A stretch of DNA of 64,000 nt from an uncultured Chthonomonadaceae bacterium (GCA_963817895.1 CAWFQB010000007.1:140413-204412), one strand, 5' to 3'. Counted from the stretch's first letter, positions 49,282 to 60,770 are shown. A program made the numbers and translations. The notes: generated from the letters alone by a model not told the origin.

Positions 49282-51455
49282 CTAGGCTATGAAACCTGTG
49301 CCATAATCGCTACGCGGCGTCAGTCCGCTGCTGGTAGTGAATGTCACCGGGAGGCTGTCCCTGCTGACATTGCCATTCACGTCAAAGGCGCGAACCGTGA
49401 AGGAATAAGCCGTCGAGGGCTGCAAATCCTGATAGGTGTAGGCGGTGCTGCCAGAGACAACCCCGACCAGCAAACTGCCATTCAGCCAAATCTCGTACCC
49501 TGCAATCGTGTATGCGCCAGCATTGGGCGCAGTCCAGGTGAGCGGCACAGTATAGCCACTGACCGCGCCTACGGCTAAATTGGTTGGGACACAGGGCTGT
49601 GTGGCCGGGTTGGGCGCGTAGCCCCCATACGCCGCTTGCAGGCCGGCATTGTTGAGCAGGCTCGGCGGCATCGTCGTCAGTTGCACGTTGATTTTGAACA
49701 GGTTGGCAGCCGTTGTTACCCCACCCGCCGACACGTTCCGGGGCGAGTTGCCCGTGCCACTGCCCACGCGATCCACAAAATTAAACGAGAGTTCATTCCC
49801 CGCCACATTATCGTTTTCGCGGAACATGCCCCCACCGATGATATTGAACACGCAGTTGTTTTGCACCAACTCGTTATTACTGCCGTCGTCCAGATAGATG
49901 CCGCCCGGAGGATAGTTCTGCGGAGTCGCCCATATCTGCGAATGGATCGTGTTGCGCGCGACGCGCAGGCCGGGAATCACACTGTTGCAGTAAATGCCGC
50001 CGCCGTCTTGAAGCGCCTGCATGTGGTCGTGAATGTCATTGTCGTGGACATAATAATTGCTGCGCGGATTGGTCGCTTGCAGCGCCACCGTCCAGCCCCA
50101 TCCGATGTGGATGGGGACATACCCGTGATTGTAGGCGTGGTTGTGATCTATTTCGAGATTCGACGCGAACGGCGCAACCACACAGGGGCAGCACGTATAT
50201 TCCACGCCGCAGGAGGAGAACACGTTGTTCGTGACGCGGTTATTGTTGGTCTGATAGGCCGTGCCAAGCGTGTTATATTCATGGGGCGTGGAAATGTCTA
50301 CACCCGCCCCTGATATATCTTGAAAAGTGCAACCGCGCACAAGGCTGTTTTTCGTGCCTTCGCACAACAGTACCGCCGAGCCGCCCAAATGCTTGAAGAC
50401 ACATTTTTCAAGGGTAATCCCTGCACACTGGTAAAAACTCAGCGCATCGGGAACAATGGGGTTGTCCCACACACTGCCATTGGAGTCCGAACTGCCCGTA
50501 TAGGCACTGAACGCGCGTTGCCCTGTGGACAGGTTGACATTGGCCTGCACGTTAATAAAGCCGTAAATGCCGCCCGCATCATTCCATGATGTATGCGCGA
50601 AGGTCAAGCCCTGAAGTGTCAGGTTGCTGACACCGTTAAACGTCAGCAACTGTGTCAGCAGTGGCGCAATCGCCTGCGCGGTCGCCATATTTTCGCCAAC
50701 GCGGGGAATGTAGTAGACCGTATTTGTGGTACGGTTCAGGTACATCGAGCCGGGAACCGTGAGCAGTTCGTAGGCGTTTTCAATCCACAACGGAATGTCC
50801 GTGATATGGATATACGATGGTCCGGTATTCAGCCCATTCGTCCACGCCGGGTTTTTCATAGCGATTGCGCCGCTGCTGACGCTGGCAACCGCCACACGAT
50901 GATGCGCCCACGCGAGATTGTACGAAAACTCTATGTCGGTCGGGTTGCCCCATCCCGCCATAACTCCAAACGAGCCGCTATACCCGCTGCTGTTAATCGT
51001 GGCTCCGCTCAGATAGTTTGTTCCTGACGTCTTCGGACGCGCAGCGCGTTGGTCTTGCACATAAATCTGGCGAAAGTTTGTACCTGCGGGTACACTGGCT
51101 TGCCAGATGTTCAGGTTAAGAATCGTGGAGAAGTCCAGCCGGCAAGAGCAAACCCACCCGAAAGCACCGGGACTTCGCCCGGATAAGCCAGATAGCGAAC
51201 GACATTTCCATTCAAACCGCTATCTGCCGACGTAAACGCGACGGTACTGGTCAGCGTGTGAATCCCGCCGCGCAGCACCACGTTGATATTGCCTTGCGCG
51301 GACGGCAGAAGGGCGCGTACCACTTGCCGCGCTTTGTCCAGCGTGGCAAACGGGGCGGACAGACTGCCGTTGTTCAGATCACTGCCCGTTGGCGCGACAA
51401 ACAAGTTGAACGCGGCTACAGGCAGAAGTGGGTGGAGGGTGGAGGGTTTGCGCAT
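49282..51455 (-). CDS. Right-handed beta-helix (GH141/pectate lyase-like) plus FN3 protein (apparent frameshift ~51110)
   Basis: FVAPTGSD.N.GS...PFATL.KA, ENAYELL..PG, DGGGIY, GIYLDDGS, C-terminal FN3. Confidence 0.75.
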
Positions 51456-51458
51456 AAG

Positions 51459-52025
51459 TTAAATGTTCCGTATCTGGTCTTCAACCGCCGTTGCCGTCGC
51501 CCCTTCCACACTGTTGACCGCGCCCGTCGCCAGTCCCGTAACCACCTGATCCACCCCATTGCCGGGATTGTGCAGTTCAGACGGCGTTTCCACGCGGCCT
51601 CTGACGTAGCCGACCGGATCGGAAGCAATGGCTTTCAGCCCTTCTCCCAATTTCTCCCAAAAGGATTTCTTGCGCGGCTTTGTCGCTACAACCGGCTTCG
51701 GCGCAGGCGCGAGCAGGTTCAACGGACTTTTCGCCGCCAATTCCTGCTCGGCCACGATGGAGGGCGTGACGGCAGCCAAAGCCGACGCCGGGATCACTTC
51801 GCCGTTCGGGTAGAGTTCGGAGCGAATCTGCGCGATCAGTAACGCGGCCTGCGCGTTGCCCGCAATATCAATGGCGTACAGGGGCGTTCCCGCCTTCAGC
51901 GCGCTCGTCACCAGTTTGTAGCCCGCCAAGAGTTGATCGTTAAACGCTTGGTCGCTGACACTGACATTGCCGCACAACAGCTGCGCGGCCAGCAGCAACG
52001 CTTTGTTCATCTCGTCTGGGGTCAT
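51459..52025 (-). CDS. Phage hypothetical protein
   Basis: aaggt RBS; host-like codon usage. Confidence 0.6.
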   Translation of the reverse strand: MTPDEMNKALLLAAQLLCGNVSVSDQAFNDQLLAGYKLVTSALKAGTPLYAIDIAGNAQAALLIAQIRSELYPNGEVIPASALAAVTPSIVAEQELAAKSPLNLLAPAPKPVVATKPRKKSFWEKLGEGLKAIASDPVGYVRGRVETPSELHNPGNGVDQVVTGLATGAVNSVEGATATAVEDQIRNI

Positions 52026-52069
52026 GGTTTGCACCTTTCCACATTTTGCGCAAAAACTGACGCGCAACA

Positions 52070-52102
52070 AGACGCGCCTCCCACATTTTGGGAGGCGCGT
52101 CT
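52070..52102. terminator. Terminator hairpin
   Basis: agacgcgcctccca...tgggaggcgcgtct. Confidence 0.65.
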
Positions 52103-52146
52103 CTTAACTTATATGTTAAGCCCTGAACAGGGCAGAAACTTATTTG

Positions 52147-54423
52147 CTAAATCTTTCCGGCAGCCACCAGCCGCAACAGGTTCTCCAGAGACGGCGATTC
52201 GCTGTTCAGGTCCGCTTCAATGTCGATCCAATCGCTGCCCACGCGGTACGTCAGCCTCGCGGCAGGCAGCGGGGGCGGGGGTGAGGGCAGGTTCGTAATG
52301 CGGTACAGGCCGTCCAATCCTGCCGGAGACGTTGCGCCCTTAACCGACAATTTCCCCTGAATGTCCGGCACACCATACGCTTTCAGGTAACTCTGCGCGA
52401 ACGCCTGCATAGTCATTGCATCCACGACATTCTCATTGCTGACTTCCGCTTCGCGTAAACCCCACGTCGGAATGCTATTCGCCGCGTCCCCGATCTGGCT
52501 GAAGGTAAAGCCATTGGTGTCTAACGTGCCCCGGAAGGTATCATCGGGCGAGTAGAAGGGCGGCGCTTCGTGCGTATCTACGTACAGGCCCGCGCCATCC
52601 ACATAGCACGTCCCACTCGTCAGAACCCTGAGAAACGGCTCTATCGCGTCGCAATCGTTGCCGCTGCCGAAGGGACATTGTATCTCCGACCAACTGAGGT
52701 AGCCGGGCGTGGTCAGCACACTGCCCAGAACCGTTTGCTTCAGTTGACCTGACTTGTAGATGCGCGCTCCACACTGCACCTGTAAACCGAGCGCCTGGCC
52801 GAGCGGCTGCGACACGCGAAAGACGAGCAGATAGGCCCGATGTGCCCCCGCCTGGATGCGGTCCGCAACCGTGGTGGCAATCTCGGCATAATGCCCACTT
52901 CCGCTGCTGATAGCCGCCGTCAGCTTCGCGCACACATCGCCATCGAAGACTGGCAACTCGGCGTTTTGCCAGTCCACAAGCGTAAAGGCGCCGCCGTTTC
53001 CCTTACTCACGCGCCAACTCTTTGCGGCATTGGGCGCGTCGAACCAGACGGAACAATCGTCTACCAGAGTTTGCCCGCTATACCCCGAACTGGCGTCACT
53101 CGCCAGCACGAAGCGGACGCGCAACGTGTCGTAGGTAATGCCGGTGGGGGGCGTCCAATCGTAGCTGTACCGATGGTAGGTGTAGCCCACTGGATCAAGC
53201 GGCATGGAAACCGGCGTCTGATAACTGCTTGCCACCAGTGTTCCGCCTGTGCCTCCACTGAAGAGTTCAAAGCGTACCTGCGTCGTCGCCGCGAACTCCA
53301 GCCGTTTGTTGTGGTAGTAGGCCGCATGGATGCCCGTCAGGTTCGAGGGAACCGGAATCTCCTGCGAAATCATTTCCGGGTCCGCCGCGTCGTTGTTCAA
53401 CTCGCAGGCGTTGTTGCCCGTTCGCCCGAAGTCGTGCGCGATTACGCTGCCGGTTGCAATCCATCCTGTCAGGCTGTCATCATCGTCGAAGGATGAATTT
53501 TCCAGCACGTTGCTCGTCAGTTCGCCAACGGCCACCTGCTCCTCGAAACTGCCGTTAGGAATCAGGTTGCTGAGGCTGGCATTGGTCGTGTCGAACTTGC
53601 CGCCGGTCACATGGATACGGTTGACGATTTTGGTACAATCGAGCGGGTGTACATACGCCCCCACGTCCCCGCCAATGGCGTATACATAGCCCACCTGAGA
53701 CGCCCGAGGCCACAGATACAGGCGGTTGCGCCCCAGGCTGTCCACATCGCAACCCCAAATTAACTCATTCGGGAACAGGTCACACAGGGCGTTGAGCGCC
53801 TGCGGAACCGTCTGGCCCTTGCAGGAGAGGGCGCTGAGTTGCAGGCGGAGCGCGTCCACGCCGGTCGTATCCAGTTGCAGCCCGGTCATCCTCCCGGCTG
53901 CGGTTACGTAAATGGAAGTCAGGTCGGCGAAGAACCGCGTCGGCGAGACAGCCGGTCCATACGCGAAATCGCGCCGCACCAGATAGCCATTCAGCAGTTC
54001 CATCAGCCCGTGCAGCGTCGGCGTGGCGCGCTCGGGGTTGCCGATCTCGCGTTGCGGCTGTCGCACATAGCCCCGGTAGAGAACCTGCGGCAGACCGAAC
54101 AGGCGAACGTCTACGTACTCCGTGCCGGTCAGACTAAACTTGTCCCAGGCCGCGAGGAACTGAATACTGCCCGTCTGCATCCCGCCCCGTTCCGCAATCT
54201 CGAAACTGAGTTCGGAGAAAGCGGGCATATCGAGCCGCGTTCCCACCGCGCTGTACAGGCGGATGTCTACGGCCTGTCCGACCGGAGACGCGGACGAAGG
54301 CGTTGTTGACCCACTGCCACCACCCGTGCCGCCGCCGCTTCCAGAGCCGCCGCCAGAGCCGCTCCCGCTGCCACCCCCGCTGTCCACATCGCCGCCCGTA
54401 ATGAGTGTTCCGCTTCCCGGCAT
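52147..54423 (-). CDS. Baseplate hub/Tal-like tail protein with carbohydrate-binding-like inserts
   Basis: Follows Dit; IVNRIHV.G; NLIPNGSFE CBM-like starts. Confidence 0.6.
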   Translation of the reverse strand: MPGSGTLITGGDVDSGGGSGSGSGGGSGSGGGTGGGSGSTTPSSASPVGQAVDIRLYSAVGTRLDMPAFSELSFEIAERGGMQTGSIQFLAAWDKFSLTGTEYVDVRLFGLPQVLYRGYVRQPQREIGNPERATPTLHGLMELLNGYLVRRDFAYGPAVSPTRFFADLTSIYVTAAGRMTGLQLDTTGVDALRLQLSALSCKGQTVPQALNALCDLFPNELIWGCDVDSLGRNRLYLWPRASQVGYVYAIGGDVGAYVHPLDCTKIVNRIHVTGGKFDTTNASLSNLIPNGSFEEQVAVGELTSNVLENSSFDDDDSLTGWIATGSVIAHDFGRTGNNACELNNDAADPEMISQEIPVPSNLTGIHAAYYHNKRLEFAATTQVRFELFSGGTGGTLVASSYQTPVSMPLDPVGYTYHRYSYDWTPPTGITYDTLRVRFVLASDASSGYSGQTLVDDCSVWFDAPNAAKSWRVSKGNGGAFTLVDWQNAELPVFDGDVCAKLTAAISSGSGHYAEIATTVADRIQAGAHRAYLLVFRVSQPLGQALGLQVQCGARIYKSGQLKQTVLGSVLTTPGYLSWSEIQCPFGSGNDCDAIEPFLRVLTSGTCYVDGAGLYVDTHEAPPFYSPDDTFRGTLDTNGFTFSQIGDAANSIPTWGLREAEVSNENVVDAMTMQAFAQSYLKAYGVPDIQGKLSVKGATSPAGLDGLYRITNLPSPPPPLPAARLTYRVGSDWIDIEADLNSESPSLENLLRLVAAGKI

Positions 54424-54448
54424 GATCAGGGATTCGCTTTCTCGCTTG

Positions 54449-55225
54449 TTACCAATAGCGGTTGTTCCACGCGACTGTCAGATTGCTGAGGGTCGCGCCC
54501 CCACCCGTGTAGGTCAGGGTGAGCGTGTTGGCGCCCACGCCCATGCGCGCAAAAATGCCGTCGAACAGGCTGATCTGGTTGCTGCCATCACCCTGCCGCG
54601 TCACGGTTTTGGTCACCGCATCCACCACAAGCACGTCGCCGGCTGCCACCGCTCCATTGAGGGTAAACACATCCTGCGTGGTGTCAACGGCAAGCTGCGC
54701 CGACAATACGCCCGCCGCGCCGACCGTCAGTTGGTATTGCGGCAGGGCGTAGGCATTGCCGCCGACCATTGCGCCCAGAGTCTGCCCGCTGGCCGAAATG
54801 CTGCGGGTACTGCTATGCGCGTCCAGATCATAGGCGAACGGGTCGCCGGTCACAACCTCGAAACTGATGTCGCAGTAGCGGTCAAAGCCCGTTTCGTCGT
54901 AACTCTCCTCGAAACTCCCCACCTGACAGTTGCGCCACACGCGGTCATCGTGGGTCTGAAACGTCGTGGGCGAGACGTTGCAGGCAGCTTTGAGCGTGTC
55001 GAGCTGCTGCCGCAACGTGCCGCCAGGCGTCGGGATAGGCGAACCGCTGCCAGCCAACCCGCCCTTGATCCGCCACGTTTTGCCCTCCAGATAGCCGGGG
55101 AGGGTTCGCGCCCCGTCGTAGCGAGCGTGTTTGGCGGTGGGAATGTTGCGATTGGTCGGCACGGTTTCGCAGTGGAAGGTTGCCGGAAACGTATAACTGC
55201 CGAATTTTAGTAAGGGGTTTGCCAC
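54449..55225 (-). CDS. Distal tail protein (Dit)
   Basis: After the tape measure; DPFAY, GN...P, G.NTL, W..RYW. Confidence 0.75.
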   Translation of the reverse strand: MANPLLKFGSYTFPATFHCETVPTNRNIPTAKHARYDGARTLPGYLEGKTWRIKGGLAGSGSPIPTPGGTLRQQLDTLKAACNVSPTTFQTHDDRVWRNCQVGSFEESYDETGFDRYCDISFEVVTGDPFAYDLDAHSSTRSISASGQTLGAMVGGNAYALPQYQLTVGAAGVLSAQLAVDTTQDVFTLNGAVAAGDVLVVDAVTKTVTRQGDGSNQISLFDGIFARMGVGANTLTLTYTGGGATLSNLTVAWNNRYW

Positions 55226-55239
55226 AGTCGCTTATATTC

Positions 55240-55479
55240 CTACGTCCGCCCCAGGCGCTCAATGAGCAGGGTGAAGGCTCCGGCGTAATCAGAAGCCGGG
55301 AGATTTCCAGAGCGCGAAACATAATCCATGACGTTGGGGCTGGCATCAAACTCGACAGCATACCAGCCCATGAGTAAACCTTCCGGCACGTTGGGTGTAC
55401 ACTCACAAATGAAAATCTCTCGGCCTACGACGCCATAAGCAGAGAGATCAACAAGGTCAGGTCGAATTAGATTGGTCAT
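55240..55479 (-). CDS. Small hypothetical protein between TMP and Dit
   Basis: Short lower-GC ORF with agggg RBS. Confidence 0.4.
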   Translation of the reverse strand: MTNLIRPDLVDLSAYGVVGREIFICECTPNVPEGLLMGWYAVEFDASPNVMDYVSRSGNLPASDYAGAFTLLIERLGRT

Positions 55480-55489
55480 GTATTCCCCT

Positions 55490-58400
55490 TTACCGTTGCG
55501 CGCTGACGTGCCGCCCGGACAAGCCGTTCTTAACTTTCCACGCAAGTTTGTCGGCAATGGTATCCAGATCGGCGTCTGTGTGGTTGTGGAACTCGCCGAC
55601 ATTCATGTGCAAGTGTATGTCACCGCCGCTATTGTTGCCACTTTGTCCAGCCTGAACCGGACGCTTTTGAGTCTTCGCATCTTCTGCTCCGGCCATAAAC
55701 AGGTTCTGGAAATCATAGCCCCAGTTCTTGGCATGCGCGTCGTTGCCGGCGTCGTCGAAGCCGAAACTCGACAAGGCTCCGCCCACAAACCCGCCCGCGC
55801 CGCCGGTCAGAAGGTTGACAATACCCGCGGCAATCGCTTTCGCGACCATCTGCTCCAGCATTTGCGTGAAGGCGTTGAGCATATCAGCAAAGAGGTTTTT
55901 GGTTTTGCCTTGAAACAGATTTTCAAGCGCCGTGCCCAGAATGTTTTGAACGCCGTCCGCCATCTGATGCAGCGCGCCTTGAAAGGCCACGCCCATTCGC
56001 TGCGAAACCGTCCGGTTCACGCTGTCGAGTTCCGCCTGCACTTTGTCAATCTGCTTGGGCAGTGTCACCCATTTCGCCACGTAATCGTCCGTGCTGTCCT
56101 GCATCTTGCGCAGTTCGGCCAGAACACCGTTGAGTTCGCTTGCGTTCAGGTTCCCAGTGTTGTTCAGCTTCTCATCAAACTGCGCTTTTTTCAGCGATTT
56201 GCGCTTCTCCAACTCCTCGGCATAAGCGTCAGACGATTTCGCAAGCGCGTCCATCTGCGCGTCGTACTCGGCTTCGATGTCCGCTTGAACTTGCTTATCC
56301 TTGTCCGCCTGTATCGTGTCCCAGTACGCTTTGGTATCTTCCTGCTCCTTACGGCTGCCCCAATAGATGGCCCAATCGGAGGCTTCTTGGGCCTGCGCGA
56401 ACTGCTTCCAGAGTTGGAGTTTTTTTTGCACTTCCGCGACGGCCAGGTTCCAGCGTTTGTTAAACGCATCCTGCTCGTCCCTGTCCTGCGCTTTCTTGAT
56501 CTCGCCCAATTTGAGTTGAAGCCGTTCCTGTGCGAGGGCTTCAGGCACTTTGTTGCCCTTATCCTCGTTGTATTGCTGTTTGGCGTCGCGCTTCTGTACG
56601 TCAAAATCGCTGTGGGTGAGTTTGTATATCTCATCTACTGCCGACTTGATGGCGTCACGAGTTTCGGCACTCACTTTTTTCAAGCTGCGCAGGGCGGATT
56701 CCGCCGCGCCCGTCAGTCCTGTTGCCGCGCTGGTGACGAGCGTTTTGCCGTCTTCCATGCCGCCTGCCAAACCCTGCGCGATATACGTGCCGACCTCATG
56801 GAATTTTTTCGACGGCGAATGGATGCCGAGCGCTTCTTTGGCGGCAATCAGTGTTCCTTCCGCAATCTCTTTTGCGGCATTAAACGCGCTGCTTGCCATG
56901 CTCTTGATACCGTTGATCAGCCCCAGTATCAAATCCCGACCGGCATTGTACAGTAGTTTGCCCGCCGCGATCACGAGGTTCACAATTCCGCTTAAAAGCC
57001 CACCTATGGCCTGCTTGATGCCTTCCCATGCCAGTTGCGCATAGTGTTTCAGGTCCTCCCAAGCCTTGCTCCATCGACCTGTGAGCAGGTCCAGTCCGAC
57101 CGTAATGATTCCGGCTACCAATGCCCACGCGACTTTGACGACGCCCGCGATGATGTCCCAGACGCCGCGCAGCACGGCCACAATGTTGCCCCATGTGCCT
57201 GCAAACAGGCTTTTGAGTACGTCAAAGGCCCCTGTCAGAAACGCCGTGATCCCCTGCCACGTCAGCACGAGTATGTCATGAATAGGCGGCCAGACGCGCA
57301 GCATGAAGTCTGAAATATATCCCCAGGCCGACACCGCAACGCTTCGGATAGCGCTCCAAGCCGCCGCCAAATACGGCGTGATCCAGCCCACGAAAGCTGC
57401 CGTATGCTCCCGGATTTGCCCGAAGTCGCTCTTCCACGCGAGTACGAGGCCCGCGACAATCGCGACCACAGCAGCCACGGCAATGCCGACCGGCCCGGTC
57501 AGAACTGCCGCCACGCTTTCCGCCGTCACGCCCGCCGCTTCCAGTGCGCCCACCAACATGACGAGATTGCCCGCAAAAGACAACACTGCGCCGCCAACCG
57601 TCAGCGCGGCTGCCGCCATGGCCGTCAACAGCACGCCGAAGCGTTGTATCGGCTCCGGCAGATTGGAAAAGAACGTCACGGCCTTTTGCGCCCAGGCCAG
57701 CAGGGGCGTCAGCGCCTCGCCCAGAATGTTGCCCACCTTGATTTTCAGTGCTTCCATCTGCGCCGACAAACTCGCCAGTTGCTTGCCCGGCGCTTTGAGT
57801 TGCTCAGTCAGCGCGGTTTCGGTTGCGCCCTGCCCTTGATTGGCGTTACTGGCAGCCTCATGCTTTTCTTTATAGCGGTCGGTATGCTCGGCCAGCATGT
57901 TGAAGCCCATTTCGGCCTGCTGGTAGGGCATCACGCGCTTGTACAAATCCTGGTAGCCCGAAATTTTGAATTCGCTCTTACCAATGGTAATGGAATTATG
58001 CGCGGCCGCAAACGCGATCATCTTCTGCCGCGCATCTTCTAAATATTGAATATAGGTGCGGCCTTGCAGCGCGGTGCTGCCATAGCGGATGCCGAGCTGA
58101 TCCATGGCGTCCGCTTGCGCTTTTGTTGGGCTGACGATTTTATTCCATGATGCGGCCAGCGCGGTATTGGTCTGCGCGAGGGGCAGGCCCAAACTGGTTA
58201 AAGTCGCCTGCGCCGCCGTCACATCCTGAAATGTCAGTTTCAGCCGCACGGCTGCCGGCAAGATACGCGCCATTCCCGTCGCAATGGCAGGCATACGCGC
58301 CAGGCCCGTCTGCACTTCGCTCACAAGGCCATTGACCGCTTGCTTTGCGGTTGTAACGCCCTTGATGCCCGATTGCAGCACAGCCAGAACGCCCTTGCTC

Positions 58401-59221
58401 ACATCGCCCGTTTTGGCAAGCCCCGCCGCCGCGCCCTTTGCGGATTCCGTGACAATCTCGACGGCCTTCGCGCCCTGATACCCGGCGCTGCCCACCATGT
58501 ACAGGCCTTCAGCCAGTTTGATGGGGCCATCCGTTACACGCGGGTCTGCCGACAAATCAAGCAGATTTTTGCGCATGCTTTGAAATTGTGGCTCGGTCAT
58601 GCCCATGACGCTGTTCGCGTCCCTCATCGCCTCTTCAAACTTCAGCGATGTATTGACCGCCCCGCCTAATGCGCCCTCGATTTCGTGTCCGGCCTGACTC
58701 ATCTGCTGGCCGACCATTTGCGCCGCCGCGCCCGCCGCCTGCATTCGGGCATGCGCCTGCGTAGCCGAGCGCTCTATCGCCTGCTGCATTTCCCGCGCGC
58801 CCGCCGCCGCCTGCTGCTCCGCGCCCTTGACTTCCGTAAGTTCGGTGCGCAGCAGCGCCAGTTTTTCCAGTTCGGATTCCGGGACGAGGCCCTTGAACTG
58901 CTGCCGCAATTCTGCCAGTGGGTCAATGCCCTTGAGCGCTTGCAGTTTCGCTTCCGTTGCCGCGAGCGATTCGTTAAAGCGGTTCGCCTGCGCGGTCGCT
59001 TCATTGGTGGACGCACTCAGTTTCGCGCCCATCTGCTGTGCCGCTTCGCCCGCCTGCGCCAGTTTCGCTTCGAGACCGGTGAGGATCGCGCCCAACCCGG
59101 CTTCGAGCGTTTGCCCCAGCCGTGTGACCAGTTCCGTCGCGGTTTTCAGTCCGGCTTCGAGCTGATCGAGACGAAGCTCAACGGATGCCGATATAGCCCC
59201 AACACTTATATCGCTAGACAT
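55490..59221 (-). CDS. Tail tape measure protein (TP901-like core)
   Basis: FE.AM...core, W-periodic helical repeats, LGIHSPS. Confidence 0.92.
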   Translation of the reverse strand: MSSDISVGAISASVELRLDQLEAGLKTATELVTRLGQTLEAGLGAILTGLEAKLAQAGEAAQQMGAKLSASTNEATAQANRFNESLAATEAKLQALKGIDPLAELRQQFKGLVPESELEKLALLRTELTEVKGAEQQAAAGAREMQQAIERSATQAHARMQAAGAAAQMVGQQMSQAGHEIEGALGGAVNTSLKFEEAMRDANSVMGMTEPQFQSMRKNLLDLSADPRVTDGPIKLAEGLYMVGSAGYQGAKAVEIVTESAKGAAAGLAKTGDVSKGVLAVLQSGIKGVTTAKQAVNGLVSEVQTGLARMPAIATGMARILPAAVRLKLTFQDVTAAQATLTSLGLPLAQTNTALAASWNKIVSPTKAQADAMDQLGIRYGSTALQGRTYIQYLEDARQKMIAFAAAHNSITIGKSEFKISGYQDLYKRVMPYQQAEMGFNMLAEHTDRYKEKHEAASNANQGQGATETALTEQLKAPGKQLASLSAQMEALKIKVGNILGEALTPLLAWAQKAVTFFSNLPEPIQRFGVLLTAMAAAALTVGGAVLSFAGNLVMLVGALEAAGVTAESVAAVLTGPVGIAVAAVVAIVAGLVLAWKSDFGQIREHTAAFVGWITPYLAAAWSAIRSVAVSAWGYISDFMLRVWPPIHDILVLTWQGITAFLTGAFDVLKSLFAGTWGNIVAVLRGVWDIIAGVVKVAWALVAGIITVGLDLLTGRWSKAWEDLKHYAQLAWEGIKQAIGGLLSGIVNLVIAAGKLLYNAGRDLILGLINGIKSMASSAFNAAKEIAEGTLIAAKEALGIHSPSKKFHEVGTYIAQGLAGGMEDGKTLVTSAATGLTGAAESALRSLKKVSAETRDAIKSAVDEIYKLTHSDFDVQKRDAKQQYNEDKGNKVPEALAQERLQLKLGEIKKAQDRDEQDAFNKRWNLAVAEVQKKLQLWKQFAQAQEASDWAIYWGSRKEQEDTKAYWDTIQADKDKQVQADIEAEYDAQMDALAKSSDAYAEELEKRKSLKKAQFDEKLNNTGNLNASELNGVLAELRKMQDSTDDYVAKWVTLPKQIDKVQAELDSVNRTVSQRMGVAFQGALHQMADGVQNILGTALENLFQGKTKNLFADMLNAFTQMLEQMVAKAIAAGIVNLLTGGAGGFVGGALSSFGFDDAGNDAHAKNWGYDFQNLFMAGAEDAKTQKRPVQAGQSGNNSGGDIHLHMNVGEFHNHTDADLDTIADKLAWKVKNGLSGRHVSAQR

Positions 59222-59242
59222 CGTTTAGCCCTCATCCCTACA

Positions 59243-59895
59243 TCACTTCGGGAAGTACGCGATCATGCGTGGCAACGGCTGCTTGCCCAAATAGCGCAGC
59301 AGTTCCAGGAACTGCAACAGCGTCAGGTTGCCGACCATCTCAAACGTCCAGCCGAAACGCTCGGCAATCATACACAGCGATTGCCCCCATTGCGAGGGCT
59401 TCACGCGTTTTTTGGGGCATTGTCCCCGGTTGTAGGAGTCACGTTTATGTTGAGATACTTGGCCGTCAGTCTGGATAAGAGTTCGACGTCGGCCAGATCA
59501 AAATTATCCGCAATTTCGTCGAAGGTGGCGCGGCGGCGTTTACCGATGCTGGCATCCTCCACAACCAGACAAAAACAAGCCATGTTCATCATCGCCGCGC
59601 CTTGCTTCAGACCGGACGCTTGCAACGCGCCCAGTTTGTCGGTCATGTCATCGAGATCGCGCAATTTGGGAGAGCGCGGGTAGAAGGTAATGCCTTCACG
59701 TTGGATGGGCTTGCCGTCTTCGCCCGCCATTTCGGAAACAGTAATGGCGACATTGGCGTCCTGCGCCTGCTCCACATCGTCTGGCGTGACAATGTTATCG
59801 AAATTATGCGCGTCCGGGTTGGCGGATTTGGACGCTTCGAGTTGCGCGAACAGCGCCTGCGCGTCGTCAGGAGTTGTGGGAACCTGGGGAGCCAT
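59243..59895 (-). CDS. Tail assembly chaperone G (59401-59895) with -1 frameshift extension GT
   Basis: Slippery A AAA AAC just before the stop; -1 frame reads ...FGWTFEMVGNLTLLQF... Confidence 0.75.
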
Positions 59896-60061
59896 AATCA
59901 ATTCTCCATATACAAAAGGAGCGCCCTGTTCACAGGGCGCTCCGAGTGGCAAAGTAGAAGGCAAAAACAAGGAACAGGAATCAAGGAACAGGGATTAGGG
60001 ATGAGGAAGCAATACCCGCATGGAAGGCTAGACATGGCCTTCCACGCGGGAAACAGCCTGC

Positions 60062-60734
60062 TTACGGGCCGGGAGACGTTAGCGTGTTCCCGCTCTGCGT
60101 CTCGCCGGTGGGCAAGCCCGTGATCGTGAGGCTGCCGCCGCTGCCCGTTGTCGGCAGCGCCGGGAAGCCGGTTGGCAGGGCCGCGGTCCGCCGTCTGGTT
60201 GCCGGGGTACTTGCGGACGTAGAGTATGCCCGTAGCCGGGTCGCCATACGCCATGAAAGAGAATTCCTCGATCACGAAGTCATCCAATTTCATGGGGATT
60301 TTGAGGTCGCGGCTCAGACACCCATAAATGATGAGTTCGTCATCTTCGCCATTGTTCGGGTCTGCGACATGCAGGATGAAGGGAATGGGCGAGTCATTGA
60401 CATGGGCGGTATAGATGGTTTTGCCCTCATCTGGAGTTCCTGTCGCGCCTGCGGCAATGGTGCCGCCCCGCAGCATGGCCAGCGCGGAGGCCCGCAACTT
60501 GGCGTACTTGGCGGAGCCGGAAATTTTGCGCTCCGACCTGCCCGACCGCGACGGCCACGCGAGAACCCGGCCCGCGCAATTCCTTGAAGGAGGCCGTATC
60601 CGTCATGTCTACTTCTTGCAGTTCGCCGAAAGGGACGTTTGACAACGTGCCATCCTGCCGGAAGCCGTACATCAGCCCGCGAAAAACTTGACATCGTTAT
60701 CCCCGATGACCAGGTTTGCGCCTCGGACGCTCAT
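60062..60734 (-). CDS. Major tail protein (several apparent frameshifts)
   Basis: Position before the chaperone; pieces PFGELQEV, KELRG, FSFMAYGD across frames. Confidence 0.6.
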
Positions 60735-60770
60735 AGTGTTTTCTACCTTTCCAGAGAAGAGCGAACGGGC

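Noticed and set aside
46048..54423. Diversity-generating retroelement acting on tail proteins
   Set aside because: No reverse transcriptase and no TR/VR pair seen; the radC duplicate's mismatches are not adenine-specific
55472..56956. Long plus-strand ORFs antisense to real genes (also 1644-2819, 14803-15741, 58685-59683)
   Set aside because: Shadow ORFs expected from high-GC codon bias
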